A stretch of 63,974 nt of DNA, filler included, from Olpidium bornovanus S191 (GCA_017911155.1; 29 parts of 29 records of this genome joined end to end with filler, not necessarily neighbours in it); one strand, 5' to 3'; positions 33,588 through 46,138 are shown, counted from the whole stretch's first letter. Notes: generated by a model not told the origin, from the sequence alone. Numbers and translations: made by a program.

Positions 33588-35480
33588 CTCTGTTGCCGTC
33601 CTTTTCCTGCCTGCTCGGAGAACTGCTGCTCAAACCTCTCCACCGTGTCTTCCAATTGCCGCTTGCTTTCGGCCAGTTCTTCAGTCCGAATGCGAAGCTC
33701 CTTCTTGACGTCAGCCAGCTCCTCTTCCAGCGCCTTCACATCCTTATGAGCTCTGGAAAGGGCTTCTTCCTGGCTCCGTGCCTTTTGGGAATTTTTTTCT
33801 GAAGTCCCGCTGGATTCCCGATCGGCCTTCAATCGCGCTTTCAAAGCTTTCTCGGACTGTTCCAATTTGGTCTTGTAGCACTTGAGATCTTTCTCGAGTG
33901 AATTCGCCTTCATTTTCAAATCTACATTCTGCAGGAGAGTGACGAGGTCGGCAACGTCAACGCCTGTCGCGATGCCGACCTCGGATCGGCCGACCGCGAT
34001 ACCGATCGCGATGTCGATCTCGAAGCGGTAAACAAAGCGCCAGCAACTTCCCGGCTAGTTGCCTCACCTCCTTTGCAACGTTTCCCAGGTGCGCAGGTGT
34101 CATCTTAAGCAAACTGTCTTCCAAGTAAAATATGTTCATTTTAAGATCAAAATTCTCCTTGTTAACTGCGTCTAGTAGGCGCGCTTGATCCCTAAGCGTC
34201 ATCGAAGACGGCGGTCCATTCCCGCTCCCCTGTTCCTCATTGGTGGATGCCTTGTCCGCCTGTGTCGGTGTCCCCGGCGAGCCGGCGGGCGAAGAGCGCG
34301 TGGACAAGGCGGGGGAAGACCGCTTAGACACCGCGGGTGAGGAGCGCTTAGACAAGGCGGGGGAGGACGGCAACGCGTTAGCAAATGGGGAGGTGCGGAT
34401 TCCACGCCCCGCGGCATCGGTGCTGGACGTCGACCGCAGCGGAGATGCGTTCGTGCCGGCGGCAACGCCGCGAGCCTGCAACGGTGTGCTGGTTTGTCCG
34501 CGGTACGTCACCGGCGGCATCGCAACAGACAGAGGGCACCGACCGTGCGTGCCATTGGCAACGCCGCGAGCCTGCAGCGGCGTGTCGGTCCGTCCAAGGG
34601 TGCATGGCGGCGACGCATCAGACGGAAGCCCCCGACCTTGCGTGCCAGTGGCAACGCCGCGAAGAGTCTGCCGTTTAACGCCGCGAGCCTGCAGCGGCGC
34701 GTCGGTCCGTCCGAGGGTGCATGGCGGCGACGCATCAGACGGAAGCCCCCGACCTCGCGTGCCAGTGGCAACGCCGCGAAGAATCTGCCGTTTAACGCCG
34801 CGAGCCTGCAGCGGCGTGCCGGTCTGCCCGGGGGTTAACGGCGGCGACGCAGCAGACGGAAGGCGCCGACCCTGTGTGCCTGCGGCAACGCCGCGAGTCC
34901 GTGCTCCATTGCCGGGAGTTGGAGCTCCAATGCCACGAGCCCGCACCGGTGTGCTGGCCGTCACCGGCGGCGGCGTAGCAAATGAAAGCCCGCGACCCTG
35001 CGCCACAGGTGCCCTTTGGCACTTGCTCGCTGGAGCAGAGTTCCGGACTCCGCGCAGCCCACCGCTTGCCACAGGACGCGGTGACGGTGGTTGATCTGGT
35101 GGCTTCGCCGGTTCAGCACGCTGCGAGGCGGTGGGCGACGCGTCCGGCGTCGCGTTCAACAATGCCGGCACTAAGATTTCGGAATCTTCGGTTTCGCCCA
35201 AATGCAGTAGCAGGTCGCCCAAGGAGACGCTGTCGGTGTCCGCCGCGTTGCTTTCATCACCGTCGTCCTCCTCGGCGGTCCGGTCGCGCGCGGCGTCGCG
35301 TGCTTCCGGCTCCGGCGGGCTCACGTTCCGCGCGGCCTGAGCCGCGCGGGACATGCTCTTCCTCAAGCTCTCTTCGAACTCAGAATTGTCCTCCTGTAGG
35401 ATGAACCTCTGCAACTCGGCGTCCATTTCGGCCATGGAGCCAAAGTTGTGGCCGTAGTCGCCAGCCGGCCGCCCGGCCAT
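33588..35480 (-). CDS. Centrosomin/Mto1-like MTOC coiled-coil protein (Cnn_1N motif), 5' part
   Basis: Exon 35480-34068 contains MTLRDQARLLDAVNKENFDLKMNIFYLEDSL (Cnn_1N consensus ..KENF.LKL.I.FLEE.L). A phase-0 splice leads to exon 33928-33588, which is coiled-coil. Confidence 0.85.
34465..34990. repeat. In-frame coding minisatellite (93-117-bp units) in the centrosomin-like gene
   Basis: The anchor acgccgcgag occurs at 34465, 34561, 34678, 34795 and 34888 (spacings 96, 117, 117, 93). It encodes PLQARGV...ATGT.GRGLPSDASPPCTLGRT repeats. Confidence 0.9.
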
Positions 35481-35560
35481 CCGCAGACGACGCCCACGGG
35501 AAGTGGGCGGGGTGAGAGAAAGGGCAGAAACGGGGAGAGGAAAGGGGGGGGGGGGGGGGG

Positions 35561-35619
<59 letters not shown>

Positions 35620-35885
35620 CGGAGCGTGAANNNNNNNNNNNNNNNNNNNNNNNNNNNNNNNNNNNNNNNNNNNNTTAATTAATTAANNNNNNNNNNNNNN
35701 NNNNNNNNNNNNNNNNNNNNNNNNNNNNNNCATGAAGCTGCCGCTTTTCGTCTCGGACGCGCAAGTGTGCGTCGGGATAACGCACGCGTCGTACGGACAT
35801 TTTTCCAGGGGGTTCCTGTTCCTCAGAATACGCCGGCAGAGCAGAACTACGGCAATAAGCTGGCACAATGAACTTCATAGCAGAT

Positions 35886-35985
35886 TGTTATCTCCACAGT
35901 ACCTCCCGGTGCATTTTTTTCATATGGAACAGTCCAAACTGTTATCTTCACAATACCTCCCGGTGCGTTTTCGTATGGAACAGTT
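35886..35985. repeat. 54-bp imperfect tandem duplication downstream of tRNA-Phe
   Basis: tgttatct(c/t)caca(g/a)tacctcccggtgc...tatggaacagt occurs at 35886 and 35940. Confidence 0.75.
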
Positions 35986-36631
35986 TAACGCCGGCCGATC
36001 AGACGCTCGGCGCAAGAACGGACATGGCCCTTTTCGCTGCGCGCCCAAGCGTTCTGGTATTGCTGTATTCGTTTGGTTCGCCAAATCAACACGAGGCAAA
36101 TTCGGGCCGGTTGGTTGCCATGAAGTGATCAAACCGGAAATCCGCCAGCCTTCCCAAGACGAACCACATCGCACTGTTCGCCGGTGTGATGCCCTAGTGG
36201 CGGACCCCCCCACCTTCCCCCCCTCCCCTACTCGGCGTGCAAAACCCCCAGCGGCCCTCGTCCGCCCTTACTCGATTGCTGCGGGGAGCTTTAAGTCACC
36301 GGTCGCCAACGGCGCTCGAGACAGTCCGGTCCCGAGGGAAACCCCTTTTATCCGCTATATTTTCTTTCGAGGATGCCGTGGAACCCCCGCCTCTTTCTCT
36401 TCCTTTCTCTCCTCGATAGTTGGACAAACAGGGGAGTCGAGGACAGCTTGTTCCCACGTCCGCGTAGGAAAGGTGCGGGAAGGAACACAGCTTCGCAGGA
36501 AACTGGGGAAAAGTCTCGTTTCCTTCCAATCGAAAAAATGTCGGGGGAGCGGGGTTGCCTTTTCTTCGACTTGTCCGATGCAGAACCCACAATGTGGACC
36601 GGGGGCAGCCGAGGAAAAAACAAAAGATTGA

Positions 36632-36704
36632 TGGGGAGTCGGAGGATCGAACTCCGTACCTTACGATCTTCAGTCGTACGCTCTCCCAGATGAGCTAACT
36701 CCCA
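36632..36704 (-). tRNA. tRNA-Phe(GAA), intronless, with a U1-C72 mismatch
   Basis: TGGGAGT-TA-GCTC-ATCTGGGA-GAGC-G-TACGA-CTGAAGA-TCGTA-AGGTA-CGGAG-TTCGATC-CTCCG-ACTCCCC-A forms a full cloverleaf with A and B boxes. T-runs resembling a Pol III terminator lie downstream. Confidence 0.9.
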
Positions 36705-36836
36705 GGCGCAGCGGTGAGCTGCGTGTGAAAATCATGNNNNNNNNNNNNNNNNNNNNNNNNNNNNNNNNNNNNNNNNNNNNTTAATTAATTAANNNNNNNN
36801 NNNNNNNNNNNNNNNNNNNNNNNNNNNNNNNNNNNN

Positions 36837-37812
36837 CATGCAACGGGCGCGGAAAAAGTTTTCGGGAGAAGGACCGGTGCAGGAAGTGCAAAGCCGAGGG
36901 CGTTACGGCGGAAAAGGCGGTCTTGGACGTGTACGTGGAGCCGGGGATGTCGGACGGGCAGCGGATCGTCCTCCACGGGAAAGGCGACCAGGCGCCGGGG
37001 TTCGACCCGAGCGACGTCATCGTGGTCATCCGACAGCAACCGAAGCCGCATCCGACGTTCCAGCGGGAGGGCGCCGACCTCCTGGCCAACGTGACCGTCT
37101 CGCTGTCCGAGGCGCTGACGGGCTTCTCGCGGGTCGTTCTCACCCACCTCGACGGCCGGGGAATCCACGCGTCGTCGCCGGCGGGATCAGTCATCAGGCC
37201 CGGCGACGTGCGCGTCGTGCGCGAAGAGGGCATGCCCGTGCACCGGCGCGGGACCTCGGCGCGCGGGGACCTCTACTTGAAGTTCTTCGTCGAGTTCCCG
37301 GAGCCGAACTGGGTGCCCGCCGACCTCCTCTCGCAGCTCAGGTCCATCCTCCCGTCGAAGCGGCGCGGCGAGCAGCGGGAGCGGTCGCAGGACGGTTCGC
37401 CGGCGGCCCCGGCGGCCCCGGCCGGCAAGAAGAAGAAACGGAGCAGGACCGCCAAGCGCGGGTCCGCTCCCGACGCGCCGCCGTCCGACGCTCCCGCGGA
37501 AAACGGCGGCGGCGACGGCTCCGGGAACCGCGGCGGCGGCGGCGGCGACGGGCCCGTTGTTGACGAAGTGGACATGGAGCCCGCGGACGTTGCGGACGTG
37601 AGTCTTCTCGGAAATGTTTTTTTTTTTTACCCCGGCGCCCTACCCCCCCCCCTCCCCCGCTCCCTCGCGAATGTTTTCTGATTACAGACCCCGCGGGAAA
37701 GTTTGGCAGCAAAGCCGCGAGTTCGTCGTCGTCGTCGGCGTATCGAGAGCACTACAGCTCCGAGGAGGAGGACGAGGACGAGGACGACGGCGTCCAATGC
37801 GCACAGCAGTAA
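36837..37812 (+). CDS. Type I DnaJ/Hsp40 (Ydj1/Xdj1-like), 3' part, with a CaaX box
   Basis: End of the zinc-finger region CNGRGK...CRKCKAEG, C-terminal domain VEPGMSDGQRIVLHGKGDQAPG...GDLYLKFFVEFP, and a terminal exon ending DDGVQCAQQ* (farnesylation signal). Confidence 0.93.
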
Positions 37813-38391
37813 AAGCGGGGAACCGCGGTCGCGCTCGAATCCGATTCCCCACGCGAGCAGCCCGTCTGAAAGCTTTGTTTCGAACGTTTTGTTCCACCAA
37901 AAAAAAAGAAAGAAAGAAAGAAGTACTCCTAGACCGTCAAAACACGATGCCTCTTTCCTCCCGTTTCCCGGTTCCCCCCCCCCCTTTTCCCGATTGGTTT
38001 GTCCCCACCCGGGTCTTCCCCGCATCTCTCCGAACATCTTCCATCGACGTGTTTCTTTTTTTTTTTTTTTTTTTTTTCAAAAGTTTGCAAAACTTGCGGC
38101 TTTTGCCGTTTTGCCCCCACTTTTTTTTTTCTCACGTGCGCTGACGTAATGAATGGCCTTTCCACCCCCCCCTCCCACCACTTAAAATCATCGTAATGCC
38201 TCCGAAAGCACACGCTGTCAGACGAGGGGAATTGGGCGACGGATGCGAAATATCGCCGAGTTCTTTGAAGTTCGGAGGAGCGGCGGGCGGGNNNNNNNNN
38301 NNNNNNNNNNNNNNNNNNNNNNNNNNNNNNNNNNNTTAATTAATTAANNNNNNNNNNNNNNNNNNNNNNNNNNNNNNNNNNNNNNNNNNNN

Positions 38392-39638
38392 CATGAGGGC
38401 GTTGATCTGGCCGTTTTTGCGCTCTTCGATCTCGTGGATCTCGTTCTTCCTCCGCAGCTCGAGGTCGTCGCGTATGAACTTCATCTTTTTCTCGTACTTG
38501 AGATGCAGCTCGCGGGCGCGACGCTCGAAGTCGGCGCGCATCTTGGATATGTCCTGGTCGTTCTTCTGCTTTATCTGCTTGACGATGTCCTCGTGCGAAA
38601 GCTCGAACTCCTTGAGCTCCAGCTTCAGCGCCCGCTTGTCCTTCTTGAGCTGCGTCTCCCGCGACAGGTGCTCCTCCTGCTCCAGCTGCAGCGCGTGCTC
38701 CGAGTCGGATTGGAGGTGCGCGACGTTGTTTTGGTACTCGTAGAGCAGGTGCTTGACCTTCTGCTTGTACACCTGCGGAAAGAAGACGCGGGCGGCGGAG
38801 GATTTGCATCGACGGCACCACTACGCTCCTCCTTCCTTCCCTTTTCGCCCGACATACGCGCCAGCCCGCCGGGAAAAGGACAACGCGACCAAGCACTTCC
38901 GCAAACCTTTATCTCGACTTGGTGCTTCTCCTCCAGCTCTTCGAGTTCCCGGTCCTTGTTGAGGAGCTCCGCTCTGCTCTCTTTCAGCTCGTGTTTCGTG
39001 ACGTCCCAAAATGCGTGGACCTTGTCCTGCGTTGTGCGAGTGTGATCACGCCCGAACCCGTGGTCGGCAGGGGGGGTGGGAAAAAAAAACGGTTTGATTC
39101 CGTTCTCTCGCGATGACGGAACGCGGGAAGAAAACGGTGCGGCCCGGCCTTCGCTGCATGCATAACGGATTTTCGGGCGCCCGTCCTTTCCGTCCTTTTC
39201 TTCTTTTTTTCTTTATTTCTCCCAACCCCCGTCCTCTCTCACCGGCCGGCCCGGCCGCGGCGTACCCTCTCGAGCTGAAAATAGTTTCTCTCCTCCTTCT
39301 CGGCGTTAAGTTCAGCGGTCAGCTTGTTTGCCTCCTCAATGAGCTCGGCGCGCGACAGCGCGGCCAGGCCCGTCGCATTCTGGTCACCGGCGTCCGGATC
39401 GACCGCCGCCGGCCCGTCGCCCTTCTCCTTCTGCGCCGATCCGGGCTTGGGCTTCTTCGATCCCGCGGAGCCCTTTTTTTTTGCCGACTGAGGAAGGAAG
39501 GGGGGGGGAAGCAGGGGTGGGCAGAATGGCGGTGATGGTGGAGGAAGAAAAGAGGTGTGATGGGGGGGCCGGACGAAGCGAGTCAGTTGTTTTTCAGATC
39601 AACGGGCCTCGGGAGGGGGGACGATGGAAGCGCACCAT
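38392..39638 (-). CDS. GAS8: Growth arrest-specific 8 / dynein regulatory complex subunit 4 (flagellar N-DRC), 5' part
   Basis: Exons: ATG (39638-39636), 39487-39266, 39026-38907 and 38772-38392. They give [22 protein letters not shown]...EEKHQVEIKVYKQKVKHLLYEYQNN...LRRKNEIHEIEERKNGQINALM, diagnostic GAS8 motifs. Confidence 0.93.
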
Positions 39639-40290
39639 GTTTTCTAGTTTGGGGGGGGGGAACCGATCTGCAAGGATTCTTGTGTTGTGGAGGGGGGAAG
39701 GAGGGGGGGGGAAGGATCCGTGCGGAGCGCTTTTGCCTGCTCTCTGCTCTCTCTCTGTCTCTCTCTTTCTCTCTTTCTCTCTCTGCGCTCTCTCTTTCGC
39801 TCTCTCTCTCTCCTTTTCTCTTTGGGGAATGCGGCTTCTCCTTTACGGAGCGGGCGGTGGTTGCGGGGGAAGCGGAAGCGGGAGCGGAAGGGTTCGCGCG
39901 AGCGGCGCGCGCGCGCGCGTGCGGGGGCGAAGGGGGGCAGAGAAAGGGAAAAAAAAAAAAAAAAAAAAAAAACAAAAACCAAAAACCAAAAACCAAAAAA
40001 ACAAAAAAAGAAAAAAAAAAAAAAAAAAAAAGACTCCGTTCTCCTGGTTACGCTCCGCTCTCCCTCACACTCTCGCTCGCTCCGCTGCCGCCAATACACA
40101 ACCCGCCCGCCGCCCACCAACCGCCTCGCAACCACCACCCCTGGAACAAATGTTCCCGACGCCAGACCTGTCCCATCTCTCGAAACGCGANNNNNNNNNN
40201 NNNNNNNNNNNNNNNNNNNNNNNNNNNNNNNNNNTTAATTAATTAANNNNNNNNNNNNNNNNNNNNNNNNNNNNNNNNNNNNNNNNNNNN

Positions 40291-41309
40291 CCATGGTGGC
40301 GACAAGGTAGCGCAGCTGCGGCTCCGTGGGCGGCGGCACCGCGACGGGTTCCCCGGTGAGCAAGTCTTCCCCGCGCCCGGAGAGCAACTCTTCGAAAATA
40401 GGGATGGTTTGTGCGGGATCCCGGAGGAGACAGAGGAAGTCCCCCGCTTGGCGGAGGTCGGCTCGCCGCAGAAAATGACGTACGAGTCTCGCGCCAGCTT
40501 CTCCGAACTTATCCGTGCCGTCACACCTCAAGCACGCCGCTCGCAGGCATTCGATCACAGTCGAGCCGATGGAAGGTTCCCCCAGGTCGTTAAGATTATC
40601 GGCGACCAGGACGGATGCGGAGTCGCCCAGCAGGTGATATAGCCGGCGTTCCAATTTCGGCACATCAAGCGCCGGGTGATCTTTACAAATCCCAACGACA
40701 TCGTTGTAGTCCCGCGCTCTTATTTTGGCAGCAACGTGAGCGGCGAGCAGAGACCCCGGAATCTGGCTGCTATTATCCGAGTCGCGCAGCGCCTCGGAAA
40801 TTGACGATATAACCTTGGCTTCTGCTTCCTGACATCGTGCTGCCACAGCAGGATCAACCTGATCCAAGCCCTCGAGCGCGTCCAAGATAAGCTCTAAATC
40901 CCGCGGCGACCGCGAAGCCGTTTTTTCTGCAAATAGGTCGATAAATTCAAGCGACGCCAAGGACCCCTCTGTTCCAGCGGACTTGAGGCAGTCCAAAATT
41001 TCCTTTGGAGTCGCCGATGATTGTCGTTCTGTCAGGTAGGCGAGCGCGGCTCGGACGATGAGCTCTCTCGAACGCAGATCGTGACGAACAAACGCTGAAA
41101 CAACTGCATGCGTGCTTGCTCCCTCCAGGCCGGCTTTGGCTGCAAGTTGCGAGAAAAGAGTTGCCACCTTGTCCTCGCTTATCTGCGACATGGTCGTGCC
41201 GGTCACGATGGTATTTAGTCGGTCCCAATCCCTGATGCGGAGTAAAAGGTCGATAGCACGGTCGATTAAGCCGATCCGTACGCATAAATCCACAACCTTG
41301 TGCCGATCG
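40291..41309 (-). CDS. Internal fragment of a large alpha-helical (solenoid-like) protein
   Basis: An open frame of about 340 codons spans the whole contig with Leu/Ala-rich helical composition (DLCVRIGLIDRAIDLLL...). No family recognised. Confidence 0.6.
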
Positions 41310-43607
41310 NNNNNNNNNNNNNNNNNNNNNNNNNNNNNNNNNNNNNNNNNNNNTTAATTAATTAANNNNNNNNNNNNNNNNNNNNNNNNNNNNNNNNNNN
41401 NNNNNNNNNCATGACCAACTAAGTTAGAAACGCTCGCCAACAGTTTACGCAACGTGCGCGAACTCTTCGCGCCGGGCTCAGCTGTCAGAAATCACATTCC
41501 GAGACGCGCGCAGAACGCCTGCAGGAAAATGCCGGCTTTTGGATGCGTTTCAAAATATCGGAGTTCACTAAAACGCGCTCCATAAAACGCGGGCGAACTG
41601 CGCGCCCTCTCCGGTTTCAAAATGCGGCTGTTCGATATTTCGCGGGACGATGCGGCAATTCAAGTATAAACGGCGACTGACGCCTTTATGCCTCGGGGGT
41701 GAGGGAGGGGAGTTGAGGGGAAAGAGGGGAAGGCCGTGTTCGCTGCGTTGACGGCGTCGTCCCGTTGCTGCTTGAGTCTCCAGAAAACTCGGGGGACTGT
41801 TTGCGCGGCAAAGACGGCCGCAAAGTTTTCGAAGCGCCGCGCTCGCCTTCTTCGACAGGTAGCGCCCGCGCAACGCGAAAAGTCGGTGACGCCCAGGCTA
41901 TAGATCTTGGGAGAACATAAGGGAAAGAAAATAATTAATCTTCACTCCGTACGTACAGAGAGGTTCACCCGGAGCAGCGGAAGAAGCTTTATGGGAACTA
42001 GGCCGCTTTCAAGAGAAAGCCTAATCCCCAGAACGAAAACAGTACCCGGCTGTCCGTGATGACCGCCGCGGCGTGCTTCCGCCGTGCCATGGGTCGGGAT
42101 TTTCGAGTTCAGGCGCTTCACTCTCCTTCGGAGTTCTCCGCAACACTTTTTAGTTTTGCCACTCCCCCGTGTACCGCGAGCAGTCGCAGCTAACTGCGCA
42201 GCACAGTACATGCCAATGTCGCAGGCGCTGACCTCGCATCCATCTCGGGTAATTGGTAGACGGAAAGCGGTCATCCTCTTACTCGGCGCCGTTGGCGTTA
42301 AGTTCAGCTGCTGTATTATTATATATCGTTTCGTGCTGGATGGTTTCTCCGCCAGCATGTTAGAACCCTCGCTGCCACCGCGCCAAGTGCTTCTTGGCCC
42401 ACCCGGCGGCTTGGTTGCCGGACATCTGCCCTTGATTGTGATGGTTGTGGCTCCTCTGTATAAGCTGACCGCTGTTGATCACTTTCCGAAGTTGACGAAG
42501 ACTGGAAATTATTACTGTATTCCTTCCCTGAAAGACAACAATGCTTCTTTTTTAAGCCCCGAAGGTGTTTCCTGTTGAACGCTTGGGAAACCCCAACACT
42601 CTTATTCTTTTGGTTTCGCCAAAACGATCTGCAGTTTGTTAACATCGATGATCATTGATAAAACCAATATAATATTAACTACATATATAATAATATAGCT
42701 ATAACAACTATAATTATATTGCAGATATTAAATATAATAATTATTATAATATAAGTAATATTAAGCCGCTGCAATCTTGGCATTTAAGATACGTGCCTTG
42801 GAAGGAGAAGGGCGAAAGCTGCTGAGCGCCAGAACGGGAAATCCTAGGCAACTCCGCGAACCGTCAGACTCGGCGCGCCGCAGTCGCCCGCAAAAGGCCA
42901 CAACGCCTAGTCGAACCGTCGTTGTCGGATGGGAGAGAGGGTGAGGAGGAAGGGTTGAGTGTTGGGTGGTAGGACGAATGTGTTTCCTCGTCGCCTTCAC
43001 ATGACNNNNNNNNNNNNNNNNNNNNNNNNNNNNNNNNNNNNNNNNNNNNTTAATTAATTAANNNNNNNNNNNNNNNNNNNNNNNNNNNNNNNNNNNNNNN
43101 NNNNNCCATTCAACCAGGTTCGGGAGGATTCCGCGCCGACGTCGACCTTCCCGGCGAACAGGTCTTTCCCGCTGTCCCAGGAGTCGGCCGTGAGCGGCAT
43201 CATCACGCCGTCCGTCTCCAGCATGCACCCTGTGGCCTCCGCGACAAGTTCGATTCGTTGTCGAAAAAAAAAGGCTCGCGTCGGATCACCCATCTGCGCA
43301 ATTTTGCCCTAGGCCACCGTCGGTGCTTGGGCGGTCCCGGGAAGATCGTGATCATCAGGCTACATCTTTGCCGATATCAACCCCCCCCTTTTCTTTATAT
43401 AATTATCTGCAAGCAGATGACCAGGCATCCAACCCCGGTCTTCGAACTGCCCCCAATGCTAAAACGTTCAGGAGATCAGAGAGGTCAGGCACAAGCCTGG
43501 TATTCCGGAAACCGTCACCGGGACCGGCCGCGAATGCTTCCCGACCGTCGAACGTGCGGGGGCCGGAGTGTGCCGCCGACCGCAAAGCGTTCGGACTTGC
43601 TTTTTCG

Positions 43608-45626
43608 CTACAGGCCCAACGCCTTGATAATTATTGCCGTGCGCTCGTACACCAGAAAGGTAATGGCGCTTGCGGGTGCGGCCTTTTTTTGTGGTAAAAA
43701 AGTTAACGGGTAAAGTGAGGAAGGGGGACCGGGTCAGATATTGGCCTCGGACCAGCTGCCAGTAGCACAGACTCCCGCATTCATGCAAAAAGTACACATA
43801 ATTCTGCCGGCCCGTCAGAGGCGTGAAAAACGCATGCGTACCTTGAGTATCGCCGGCGTCAGGCCCTTATACAGGGAGAGCGGCCCCTCGTCCCTCAAGA
43901 TCTGAGCGAACACGCCTTTTATACTTTTCGGGTACGTGGGGACGTGGTTGACCGCGTACGCGTTCTGCGTTGGCCCTTGTATCTGCGAACAAAGAAGAGG
44001 CAAACGTTTAATCATAAAAACCGCCCATGGCCGCATCCCTTTCTCCCCTCCGGCGGATTACCAACAGATTGCGAATATGAAAAGAAACTCTCAATTACCT
44101 GCATCCGTTTACGTATCGTGTCAACGGGGTACACCGCGATTTTGCTGAGCGTGCCGGACAGGGCTCCTGATATGAGCTCCTCCCTCGCACTCGGAGACTT
44201 TCCCAAGACTGCGTCCAGGCGACTGCTCCACCACGATCGGGTCTGGAAGGAACGGCGAGCGTCGGTTCCGAGAGCATCATGTCCTGCCTGCGGCGTGCCA
44301 TCGTCCACCACCACAAGCACCGCCCGGCTGTTCCAGAGCGATACCCACCCGCGCCCAGGAGAACCCTTTCCGCATCCAGTCGTAACTCCCGAATACTAAG
44401 CCCATGTAGGGCATGATCTGCAGAACGCTGGGCCAGAGACCCTTGTAGAGGCCCGCGAGTCCTTCTTGGCGGCGTATCTGCCGCACGGCGGGTACGACGC
44501 CCGAGTATATCCTGCGTTCGCCCTGCGCGGCGAACCGCGTCCGCAGCAGATCGAAGGGGTACGTCGCGATTGTGGACAGCGTCCCCGCGGCGGCGCCGCC
44601 TATGAACGCTCGGACGCCCCGCGGCGGAGCGTAATCCGGGTGCTTTTCGTCCTGGGTCGTAAAAGTGAAATCGTTGCGGGTAACCGGACGCCACGAACGC
44701 GTTAAGCCGGTTCAAAAATCCGAATTCAGTTTCGCGGATCGCGCGCGGATGGGAGAGGGGAAAAACCCCCATAAACGGAATTCGGAGGGTCCGCGAGAAG
44801 AAGCAGTCGGACGCTCACCAAGAACCGCCACAGGTCGGCGAACTTCTGGTATATGACGAATTGGACAGCTCCGTAGGTGAGGTACAAATACTCCGCCGGC
44901 ATGTTACCTTTCCATAGCGCCTGCACAAAGCACACGCCAACAGCTCCGTATCAGGTCGAGTAAATCCACCGACCGGCAGCCTACTGCTGGAATCATGCCA
45001 CACGGCATGGACGGGTACGCACGGTGATCCCCTCTTCTTGAACGATCCGCTTCGCACACTGTGAAATGGACGTATACTTGGGGTTTGTGGGTAAAGGCCC
45101 GGTCGACGAGAGCAGCGCGATGTGCTCGGCTTGCAGCTGTTTTTCAAGCGGGTCCCGTTGCTTTACTACGTGCCCCGCTCGCAGGGAGGACAGTTACAGT
45201 ATTCGGCATACCTGCAACCTAATCTTGACGACGTCGAGAGGAGCCACGACAAATCTGCGAGGGCGGAGCGATGCCGCAGTATGGTAGTGGGTGCGCAACA
45301 TACACGTCATCTATGAGGGGGGGGGGGGGGCAGTTGGGGTCCAACTCGTGGCCCGGCAGGCGCAGACGTCACCGGGACTTTGTGCGTGGGCTTACCTCGC
45401 TACCACGCCGGCCGTGGACCCGCAGAAGGCGCTTTCCAAAAACGAGAGCTTTGGCCCCAGCGGGCCCGTGTTCTTCGAGCCGGTCAGCGTGGCGGCACCG
45501 TCCGCCGCGTTGTCGACGCGGCCGCCGCCTGCTTCGCATCCGGCACAAACGAAAACGGGGCACGCGAACGTAAGTGGCAGCGCGTCTGGCTTGGTTCACC
45601 GCGCGGGACCGCACGGCGAGCGGCAC

Positions 45627-45662
<36 letters not shown>

Positions 45663-45686
45663 GCCCGAGGATGCTGCCGCCGCCAT
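43608..45686 (-). CDS. TPC1: Mitochondrial thiamine pyrophosphate carrier (SLC25A19/TPC1); complete, about 9 exons
   Basis: Three carrier repeats (APLDVVKIRLQ, YPFDLLRTRF, YPVDTIRKRMQ) and the TPC1-like LWKGNMPAEYLYLTYGAVQF. The last exon AAPASAITFLVYE...* stops at 43608. Confidence 0.9.
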
Positions 45687-46138
45687 TTGTGCTGCGCGAG
45701 TGCGGCGAGGCGTTTCCCGTGCGGGGGTGGGGGCGGGAAGAAGGTCGGCCGCGGGGTGGCGCCGGGCGCGGGAGGGAAATGGGCGCGGGGCGCGCGGGGG
45801 AAGGACGCGAGGTCGATCCGGTGAATGAGAAAAACAGAAATTTTAAATTCTGCGCGCGCGAAACCACACGTTTTCCGTATAGCAGCCATCATCAATCATC
45901 CCATTCGCGAGGCGCCAAAATTCCCCAAAACTCCCCCAATGGCCTCACAGAAGACGTTTGGGCTTGCTTTTTTTTTCTTTGTGCGGGACAGCATCTCTCT
46001 GCGCGGACGCGCTTGACAGCGGGGCGTTTGTATGTCTGTTCCGCCGGTTTTCGCGCGTGGTGCGCCCGCAGGCAGAACGGGGAGTGCCGGAGTGCCGCTC
46101 GCCGAACGGTCCCGGCGGGCGGGGGCGGGCGGCGGGGG

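Noticed and set aside
34465-34990. Repeat array as CRISPR
   Set aside because: Units are contiguous, in-frame and lack unique spacers, inside a eukaryotic exon.
35732-36631. 299-aa plus-strand ORF next to the tRNA
   Set aside because: No recognisable domain; it incorporates a local tandem duplication and low-complexity flank, so it is probably fortuitous in GC-rich DNA.
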